A program made the translations under genes and the position numbers. Positions 55,420 through 64,000 of a DNA stretch of 64,000 nt are shown here, piece after piece. The notes beneath the pieces were generated by a model. That model did not search any database. It saw only the letters and a list, made by a program, of their open reading frames with translations, and was not told the origin of the DNA. The stretch comes from Nitrospirota bacterium. GTDB lineage: Bacteria > Nitrospirota > Thermodesulfovibrionia > SZUA-242. Every line of letters starts with the position of its first letter. Position 1 is the stretch's first letter. The stretch spans positions 7,482 through 71,481 of the forward strand of contig JACRHH010000024.1 in NCBI GenBank assembly GCA_016212095.1. The letters are read 5' to 3'.

Positions 55420-56733
55420 ATGAACCTTTTCATGCTTCTCATCCTTATAGTGTTTCTGGCCGTGACGGCGGTGCTCACGTTCCTGAACATCGATCCGACA
55501 ACCGTATCCCTCTGGCCAGGCTATACCTATCAAGCCCCGAAGTTTGGTCTGATGCTCATTCCGTTTGTGTTTGGCGGCGTGCTTGTGTTCATCGCCTATG
55601 TCATTCGCGACACGAAGCGGTACATAGACGGCTGGAAAGACCTCAAGATGAAGCGCCGGGAAACGCGCATACACGATCTCTACTCAAAGGGCGCAAACGC
55701 CGTGCTGGGCGAAAAGCCGGACGATGCGCGGGATTTCTTCCGGAAGATACTTGAGGAGCGCCCGGATCACCTCGACACGCTCATGCGCCTTGGCGATCTT
55801 GCGATGAAATCCGGCAGTCTCAAGGAGGCCGCCGATTATTACAAGAAAGCGCGCGAGGGCGAGCCAAGGAATCTGGAAACGCTCTTTTCACTTGCCCGTT
55901 GCCTTGACGCTGCCGGCAAGCAGGAAGAGGCGATGGGCATCTACGACGAGATACTGCGCATAGACGAGGACAGCCTTGCCGCGCTTATGGCAAAGCGCTC
56001 CCTCTACGAGCGGATAGAGCGGTGGGACGAGGTTAACGAACTTGAGCGGCGGGTGATAAAGCTTCAGGCGAATCCGGCGCTTCGGGCGGCTGAGCAGAAA
56101 TACCTGATCGGCTTCAAGTACGAGCTTGGCAGGTACAACCTCGAAGGCGGAAATCTTGAAAAGGCGGTGCGCGCATTCAAGACAATCCTGCGCATCGACA
56201 AGAATTTCGTGCCGGGCTATCTTGGGCTTGCCGAGGTGTTTCTGCGCGAGGAGAAGTCCGACAGCGCTGTCGAGCTTCTCGAAAACGGCTACGGGGCCAC
56301 CGGCTCGCTCACACTTCTGATGCGCCTTGAAGACCTTCTGCTGAACCTCGGCGACCCGAACCGGATCATCGGCGTGTATCAAAAGACGCTTGCATCCGAT
56401 CCTGGCAATGCCAAGCTTCAGTTCTTTCTTGCCAAGCTTTATCACAGGCTTGAGATGCTGGACGATTCGTTCGACATCCTTTCGAAGCTGGACACCGGCG
56501 AGGTTTCCTATCCCGACAAGCACAAGCTTCTGGGCGACATCTACATGCGCCGCGGCAACCACGAGCTGGCCGCGCAGGAGTTTCGCAAGGCCCTCGGCAT
56601 GAAGCGGATGATGGTGATTCCGTACAAGTGTTCGTCTTGCGGCCACACGCGGCAGGGATGGTCGGGGCGTTGCCGCGGCTGCGGGCAATGGGATACGCTG
56701 ACGCTGGAACCGGCGGCGGAAAAGAGAAGCTGA
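55420..56733 (+). CDS. lapB: LapB (YciM)-like TPR protein with N-terminal LapA-like membrane segment and C-terminal rubredoxin-type Zn finger
   Basis: 2 TM helices at N-terminus. Multiple TPRs. C-terminal CSSCGH...CRGCGQW. Confidence 0.75.
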   Translation: MNLFMLLILIVFLAVTAVLTFLNIDPTTVSLWPGYTYQAPKFGLMLIPFVFGGVLVFIAYVIRDTKRYIDGWKDLKMKRRETRIHDLYSKGANAVLGEKPDDARDFFRKILEERPDHLDTLMRLGDLAMKSGSLKEAADYYKKAREGEPRNLETLFSLARCLDAAGKQEEAMGIYDEILRIDEDSLAALMAKRSLYERIERWDEVNELERRVIKLQANPALRAAEQKYLIGFKYELGRYNLEGGNLEKAVRAFKTILRIDKNFVPGYLGLAEVFLREEKSDSAVELLENGYGATGSLTLLMRLEDLLLNLGDPNRIIGVYQKTLASDPGNAKLQFFLAKLYHRLEMLDDSFDILSKLDTGEVSYPDKHKLLGDIYMRRGNHELAAQEFRKALGMKRMMVIPYKCSSCGHTRQGWSGRCRGCGQWDTLTLEPAAEKRS

Positions 56734-56766
56734 AAGCGCAAGCTGACCGGTTTAGCCGGAAACAAT

Positions 56767-56805
56767 AAGGCGGCGGAAGGGTTAACCTCCGCCGCCTTTG
56801 TTGTC
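56767..56805. terminator. bidirectional rho-independent terminator between lapB (+) and tRNA-Leu (-)
   Basis: AAGGCGGCGGAAGG-gttaac-CTCCGCCGCCTT followed by TGTTGTC. Confidence 0.7.
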
Positions 56806-56824
56806 TAAAGTCCATCGATGAAGA

Positions 56825-56913
56825 TGGTGCCGAAGGCGAGACTCGAACTCGCACGGCCTTGCGACCACCAGACCCTGAACCTGGCGCGTCTACCAATTCC
56901 GCCACTTCGGCGC
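56825..56913 (-). tRNA. tRNA-Leu (anticodon CAG), long variable arm, CCA encoded
   Basis: Manually folded 89-nt sequence GCGCCGAAGTGGCGGAATTGGTAGACGCGCCAGGTTCAGGGTCTGGTGGTCGCAAGGCCGTGCGAGTTCGAGTCTCGCCTTCGGCACCA. Anticodon loop TTCAGGG. Confidence 0.85.
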
Positions 56914-57109
56914 ACCGTCAGATTGAAAGTATAAATTCGGCGATGGCGTTGTGTCAAATTCAATGCGGTTTTGTGTCAAGAGTTCATAATCTGTCCGGTT
57001 CCATCTATGTCCGGCGAATGAGAAAAAGGTGATGAGCCGGGAGATGTGGCAGGGTCTTGCAAGTATCCCTTCCGGCTTGACAACCAGCCGGTGTACCTGT
57101 TTCAATGTA

Positions 57110-57136
57110 TTAGCACTCTCACCAAGGGAGTGCTAA
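57110..57136 (+). promoter_or_regulatory. CIRCE operator TTAGCACTC-N9-GAGTGCTAA (HrcA binding site) upstream of hrcA-grpE-dnaK-dnaJ
   Basis: Perfect match to the CIRCE consensus. TTGACA -35-like hexamer at 57078-57083. Confidence 0.9.
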
Positions 57137-57177
57137 TTTGTATTGATCGGCTAACACCGGGACAGGCAGCGCAATAC

Positions 57178-58230
57178 ATGGATGAAAGAACCATCAGGAT
57201 ACTGACAGCCGTTGTGGAGAACTATATCGAGACGGCCGAGCCGGTGGGGTCGCGCACCCTGACCAAACGGTTCGATTTCGGGCTTTCACCCGCAACAATC
57301 CGCAACATAATGGCAGACCTCGAAGACATCGGCCTTCTCATGCAGCCGCACACATCCGCCGGGCGGATGCCCACCGGCAAGGGCTATCGCTACTACGTAA
57401 ACAACTGCATGGGCGAAAGCGTGAAGGACGAGCGGCTGATGGCGTTCCGCTCTGAGGTTCAGACCCGGCTGGATTCAATAAAAAAGGACGTTTCCTCGCT
57501 TCTGGAAGATGTGGCCCACGAACTGTCGCGTTCGTCCCATCATATAGGAATAACCGTGGCTCCGCGCATGTCTAAAAGCAGGCTTTCGCGCGTTGAACTG
57601 ATTCAGGTGAAGGGGCCGCGAGTTCTGGCCGTGGTGATAACCGAGGAGGGAATTGTTAAAAATTTCCTTATCGAGCTTGAGGAGAGCATCGCCCAGAAGC
57701 ATCTGAACAAGATAAGCGCATGGATAAACAGGACGCTCTGCGGCCTTACCTACGACGAGGCCCGGCGCACGCTTGTGCGTCAGGTTTACGAGGACAAGGC
57801 AGTTTACGACATTCTGGTTTCGCGCGCGATGCACATAAGCCGCGAGATAGTCGATCGCCAGACCGACGAGAACATATACGTTGGCGGATATTCGGAGGTT
57901 CTGGCCCAGCCGGACTTCGTGAACATCGACGCCATAAAGGACATCTTTCGCGCCATCGAGGACAAGCACATGATGCTTCGCCTGCTGGGTATCGTCGAGC
58001 AGATGGACGATCACGGCGTCACGGTTCTGATCGGCTCCGAAAATCCTATCGGCGAGATGCATGATTGCAGCATGGTATTCTCTCCATACCTGCGGGGCGG
58101 CAAGGTGATCGGAACCGTCGGTGTTATCGGCCCAATAAGGATGCATTACCCGGAAGTGATCTCGATGGTTGACAACACCGCCCAGTATTTAACCAATGTA
58201 TTTTCAGACAAGCAGGAGGGTTCAGAGTAA
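57178..58230 (+). CDS. hrcA: heat-inducible transcription repressor HrcA
   Basis: MDERTIRILTAVVENYIETAEPVGSRTL. Start set after the CIRCE element; the track start 57046 would include the operator. Confidence 0.9.
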   Translation: MDERTIRILTAVVENYIETAEPVGSRTLTKRFDFGLSPATIRNIMADLEDIGLLMQPHTSAGRMPTGKGYRYYVNNCMGESVKDERLMAFRSEVQTRLDSIKKDVSSLLEDVAHELSRSSHHIGITVAPRMSKSRLSRVELIQVKGPRVLAVVITEEGIVKNFLIELEESIAQKHLNKISAWINRTLCGLTYDEARRTLVRQVYEDKAVYDILVSRAMHISREIVDRQTDENIYVGGYSEVLAQPDFVNIDAIKDIFRAIEDKHMMLRLLGIVEQMDDHGVTVLIGSENPIGEMHDCSMVFSPYLRGGKVIGTVGVIGPIRMHYPEVISMVDNTAQYLTNVFSDKQEGSE

Positions 58231-58233
58231 ACA

Positions 58234-58824
58234 ATGCCGACACCTGACGAACAGGACGAGATGAACGCAAAGCCGGAAGTTTCTCCGGAATCTCAGCCGA
58301 AAACCGTTGCCGAGGTTTCGGAACTGGAGAAGCTTAAAGACGAGGCGAAGGCCGCAAACGATAAATATCTGCGTCTTTACGCCGAGTTCGACAATTTCAA
58401 GCGCCGCGCCGCAAGGGACAGGGAGGAACTTCAGAAGTTCGCGGTCGAGGGACTGGTCTGCGATCTTCTTTCGGTTGCCGATCATCTGGAGATGGCGATA
58501 AAGCATTCGAAGCAGGGCGAGGGCGACGCGCTCGACAGCTTGGTGAAGGGCGTGGAGCTGACGCTGAAGGAGCTTGAGCGCGTGCTCGAAAAGCACGGAG
58601 TATCGGCGATAACCGCGATAGGCGAGCCGTTCGATCCGGAAGTGCATCACGCCATGACCCGCATGGCCACAACCGCGGTTGCCGAAAACTGCGTGGCCGA
58701 GGAATTTCGCAGGGGTTACAGGCTGAGGGAGAAGGTTATCCGCCCGACAATGGTGGCGGTGGCCATGGCTCCGCAGAAGGAAGGCGCGAATCAACAGGAA
58801 CCGCCGCAGGGCGAAGGCGCGTAA
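58234..58824 (+). CDS. grpE: nucleotide exchange factor GrpE
   Basis: LRLYAEFDNFKRR and C-terminal GrpE fold. Confidence 0.9.
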   Translation: MPTPDEQDEMNAKPEVSPESQPKTVAEVSELEKLKDEAKAANDKYLRLYAEFDNFKRRAARDREELQKFAVEGLVCDLLSVADHLEMAIKHSKQGEGDALDSLVKGVELTLKELERVLEKHGVSAITAIGEPFDPEVHHAMTRMATTAVAENCVAEEFRRGYRLREKVIRPTMVAVAMAPQKEGANQQEPPQGEGA

Positions 58825-58908
58825 GGCGCATACATATCTTTACACCGCATGGCAAGCCACGCGGGACATTAACGCAATTTATCGTTATATAACGAGGAGG
58901 AATAGATT

Positions 58909-60834
<1,926 letters not shown>

Positions 60835-60848
60835 TTTCAGATAGATAA

Positions 60849-62021
60849 ATGGCCGCCAACGACTACTACGCTTCACTCGGCGTCGAGAAGAACGCAAGCG
60901 ACGCCGAGATTAAAAAGGCATACCGGAAGCTTGCGCTCAAGTATCACCCCGACCGCAACCCCGGCGACAAGGCGGCGGAAGAGAAGTTCAAGCAGATAAA
61001 CGAGGCTTACTCCTGCCTGAGCGACGCCCAGAAGCGGGCCAATTACGACCGCTACGGCTCCGCCGAGGGGCCGGGCGCTGGCTTTGGAGGATTTGGAGCG
61101 GGGGCAGGCGCGGCTGGATTCGGCGGATTCGGCGATGTGTTCGAGGATCTTTTCGGAGCAGCGTTCGGCGGCGCGGGCGGACGCACGAGGGCCGCGCGCG
61201 GAACAGACCTTCGCTACGACCTGAACATAACGCTTGAAGAGGCGGTATTCGGCGCGGAAAAGGAGATTACTGTTCCGCGCTGGATGCGCTGCGACACATG
61301 CGACGGCTCCGGCGCGAAGCCCGGCACATCGCCAACAACCTGCGCCACATGCAAGGGGCATGGCGAAGTCCGCACCCAGCAGGGTTTCTTCAGCATGGTT
61401 CGCACCTGTCCGCGCTGCGGCGGCGCGGGCCGTATCATCAGCGATCCTTGCGGCACGTGCAAGGGCGGCGGAAAGGTTCGGCGCGAGCGGACGATTTCGG
61501 TGAAAGTGCCTGCCGGAGTGGATAACGGCATCCGGTTGAAGATGACCGGCGAGGGCGAGCTTGGCGCAAGCGGCGGGCCTCCGGGCGATCTCTATATCGT
61601 GATGAACGTTGCGGAGCACCAGGTGTTTCACCGCGACGGCGACGACCTTGGCTGCGATTTCCATATCTCATTCGCCCAGGCAGCGCTTGGCGCCGAGTTC
61701 GTCGTGCCGACGCTCGACGGCAAGGGCGCGGCCCTGCGCGTTCCGCCCGGAACCGCGTCGCACGAGGTTTTCCGCCTGCGCGGCAAGGGCGCGAAAAGCC
61801 TTCGCGGCGCTTTTCACGGCGACCAGCTTGTGCGCGTGGTTATTGACGTGCCAAAGAAGCTGACCGACAGACAGAAGGAACTGCTGCGGGAGCTCGAAAT
61901 GATCGGTTTAAGCGCAAAGCAGCCGCACGGCAAAGGTTCGAGCACCCACGACAAAGGCTCGCCCCACGACAAAGGCGTGGTTGAGAAGCTTGGCGACACG
62001 GTGCGGGATTTGTTCAGGTAA
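60849..62021 (+). CDS. dnaJ: molecular chaperone DnaJ
   Basis: J-domain HPD (KYHPDRNP). G/F region. Four CxxCxGxG zinc-finger repeats. Confidence 0.95.
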   Translation: MAANDYYASLGVEKNASDAEIKKAYRKLALKYHPDRNPGDKAAEEKFKQINEAYSCLSDAQKRANYDRYGSAEGPGAGFGGFGAGAGAAGFGGFGDVFEDLFGAAFGGAGGRTRAARGTDLRYDLNITLEEAVFGAEKEITVPRWMRCDTCDGSGAKPGTSPTTCATCKGHGEVRTQQGFFSMVRTCPRCGGAGRIISDPCGTCKGGGKVRRERTISVKVPAGVDNGIRLKMTGEGELGASGGPPGDLYIVMNVAEHQVFHRDGDDLGCDFHISFAQAALGAEFVVPTLDGKGAALRVPPGTASHEVFRLRGKGAKSLRGAFHGDQLVRVVIDVPKKLTDRQKELLRELEMIGLSAKQPHGKGSSTHDKGSPHDKGVVEKLGDTVRDLFR

Positions 62022-62041
62022 GACGCAGGGAGATACCGAAT

Positions 62042-62140
62042 ATGCCAACAATCAGCATGTTTTATGGAATAGTCATATACCTTTATTTCCTCGACAACCA
62101 GAAACACAATATTCCCCTCAACATCGAGCCATTGCGATAG
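62042..62140 (+). pseudogene. truncated DUF4160-family gene (32 codons, MPTISMFYGIVIYLYFLD...)
   Basis: N-terminus matches the DUF4160 signature MPtIsmFyGi.I..Y..D. Premature stop after 32 aa; full-length members are ~75-80 aa and usually pair with DUF2442. Confidence 0.5.
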
Positions 62141-62149
62141 GCGCTTGCC

Positions 62150-62389
62150 ATGGAATCGGTCATAAGGGTGACACCTCGCGAGAATTACCTCCTTGAACTG
62201 GAGTTTGGCACGGGTGAGGTGCGGCTTTTCGACGTGCGCCCATACCTGGAAACGGGCGTCTTCCGACAGTTGAAGGTACTATCACTGTTTGCAAAGGCAT
62301 ACGTCGCCTTCGATACTGTTTGCTGGCCCGGCGAAATCGATATTGCTCCGGAAACGCTATATCGCCTTTCAGTGCCGGTGGCAAGATAA
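62150..62389 (+). CDS. DUF2442-family small protein
   Basis: 79 aa. Adjacent to the DUF4160 remnant in the canonical pair arrangement. Confidence 0.6.
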   Translation: MESVIRVTPRENYLLELEFGTGEVRLFDVRPYLETGVFRQLKVLSLFAKAYVAFDTVCWPGEIDIAPETLYRLSVPVAR

Positions 62390-62432
62390 ATCCGCGTGTT
62401 AATCGCGCGCCGATAGCAACAGCCGCGTTGAG

Positions 62433-63155
62433 TTGATGCCCCCCTCAATCCTCCTCCCAGCCTCCTCCCTCGCCGGCGGCATATCGGTTGAAGGCGATCA
62501 GGCGCATTATCTGGGCCGGGTGCTGCGGCTTGCGCCGGGCGATGCCGTTTATCTGCTCGACGGACGCGGAAGCCGCTGCCGGGCGGTAATCGTTTCGATA
62601 GACCGCAGGCGGGTTCTGCTTGAGCCGGGCGAGATCGAAACGCTCGACACCGAATCAGCGCTTCGCATTACGCTGGTTCAGGGGCTGCCCAAGGGCGAAA
62701 AGATGGACTGGATCGTTCAGAAGGCAACCGAGCTTGGCGTTGCCGCAATCGCGCCGGTTATTACAGAACGCTCGCAGGTTCGCCACACCGGAGGTGCTGA
62801 CAGATGGCGGCGGATAGCGGTATCGGCGGCGGCTCAGAGCGGGCGCGGGGTTGTGCCGGAAATATTTGAACCGCAGACACTTGCCGGGTTCTATCGGGCG
62901 CATGATGCGTCCGAACGTGGAATCATCTTCTGGGAGGGCGCAATCGTGCCGCTTGCCGATGCGATAAACGGATGGCGGCGCGGCGGCGGTTTATGCGCGC
63001 TGGTTGGGCCGGAGGGCGGTTTTTCCGCGGATGAGGCGGGCGAGGCTGTGAAGCATGGATTTGTTCCGGCATCGCTTGGCAGGCGGATTCTGCGCGCCGA
63101 GACAGCGGCTGTTGCGGCTGTCGCAATTCTGCAATACGCGATGGGAGATGTGTAA
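62433..63155 (+). CDS. rsmE: 16S rRNA (uracil1498-N3)-methyltransferase RsmE
   Basis: PUA-like N-terminus and SPOUT C-terminus (LVGPEGGFSADE). Confidence 0.85.
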   Translation: MMPPSILLPASSLAGGISVEGDQAHYLGRVLRLAPGDAVYLLDGRGSRCRAVIVSIDRRRVLLEPGEIETLDTESALRITLVQGLPKGEKMDWIVQKATELGVAAIAPVITERSQVRHTGGADRWRRIAVSAAAQSGRGVVPEIFEPQTLAGFYRAHDASERGIIFWEGAIVPLADAINGWRRGGGLCALVGPEGGFSADEAGEAVKHGFVPASLGRRILRAETAAVAAVAILQYAMGDV

Positions 63156-63239
63156 CCTGTTGGGATAATTCATGAATCCTGCCGCCATCGTATTTCCACC
63201 CGGCGTATGTTAAGATAACGCGAAACTATCCTTTTTATA

Positions 63240-64000
63240 TGTCGAAAACCGTTGTAATTGCAAATCAGAAGGGCGGCGTGGGTAAAACCACCACCGCCGT
63301 AAATATAGCCGCGTCCTTGGCCGTGGCCGAAAAGCGGGTGTTGCTTGTCGATACGGACAGCCAGGGCAATACCACAAGCGGCCTTGGTTTCGACAGAAAC
63401 GATCTCGGTCATTCGCTCTACGATTTCTATACCGGCGCCTCATCGATGCGGGAAATCATCCGTGGCACGATGCTTCCATTTCTAAAAATTGTGCCGTCGT
63501 CCGTTGACCTGATCGGCGCCGAAATAGAGCTTGTGGGCAGCGATGGCAAGGAAACGCTGCTTCGCGAAGGAATTCGCTCCGTAAGCGACATGTTCGATTA
63601 CGTCATCATCGACTGCCCTCCATCGCTTGGAATCCTCACTCTGAACGCGCTTGTGGCCGCCCAAACCGTGCTCGTGCCGGTTCAGTGCGAGTATTACGCG
63701 CTTGAAGGGCTTGGCCAGCTCATGCGGACGGTGGAGCTTGTGCGCGGATCGTTCAATCCGGAACTCGAAATAGAGGGCATTCTGCTTACGATGGTGGATA
63801 TGCGGAACACTCTGGCCCGTCAGGTTGCCGACGAGGTGAAGAAACATTTCGGCGACAAGGTTTACCGCACGGTTATCCCGCGCAACGTAACCCTTAGCGA
63901 GGCTCCAAGCCACGGCAAGCCGGTGATGCTCTACGATGTCCGCTCCAGCGGAGCCCAGAGCTATCTGGCGCTTGCGCGTGAGGTGTTGGGCGGGCAGGAA
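63240..64000 (+). CDS. ParA/Soj-family partitioning ATPase (3' end truncated by window edge)
   Basis: Deviant Walker A KGGVGKTTTAVNIAASLA. ORF runs off the window. Confidence 0.85.

Overview
This window is 64 kb of a high-GC (~63-65%) chromosome. Its gene content (selenocysteine formate dehydrogenase, formyl-THF ligase, split archaeal-type glutamate synthase, sigma-54 heat-shock promoter) is typical of an anaerobic deltaproteobacterium-like organism; that taxon is an inference. Most of it is core metabolism and housekeeping:

- **Formate module (3.8-16.1 kb):** fdhD, moeA, a membrane adenylate cyclase, a MoeA-PBP fusion, NuoE-like and NuoF-like subunits, a selenocysteine (in-frame TGA) FdhA, then formate-THF ligase fhs.
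- **Heat-shock loci:** hsp20-hsp20-clpB behind a putative sigma-54 promoter, and hrcA-grpE-dnaK-dnaJ behind a CIRCE operator.
- **Other core genes:** a split three-gene ferredoxin-linked glutamate synthase operon, mdh-rdgB-tilS, a NamZ plus MurU-AmgK cell-wall recycling pair, nadD-rsfS-rlmH-lapB, two tRNAs (Ala-CGC, Leu-CAG), and at least four toxin-antitoxin modules.

Accessory content worth attention:

1. **Candidate new system:** a four-gene minus-strand operon (40958-46890). It encodes a processive GT2 synthase (QRLRW), a Zn-ribbon protein with a degenerate GGDEF domain that keeps the RxxD I-site, an HlyD-like adaptor, and a TolC-like outer-membrane factor fused to a GH18-like domain. I read it as a possibly undescribed c-di-GMP-gated export system for a chitin-like polysaccharide.
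2. **tRNA-Ala-adjacent islet (16.2-21.3 kb):** frameshifted BrnT/BrnA, a radical-SAM/SPASM maturase with an N-terminal extension, an HTH regulator, a 38-aa acidic Cys-Cys peptide with a strong RBS, and a TonB-dependent receptor.
3. **Nested GC-rich palindromic (MITE-like) repeat:** inserted in-frame, twice, inside the MurU domain of the murU-amgK gene, with an intergenic copy at 22.4 kb.
4. **12-bp-stem palindromic element:** three copies (9106, 27678, 34514), each abutting a stop codon.
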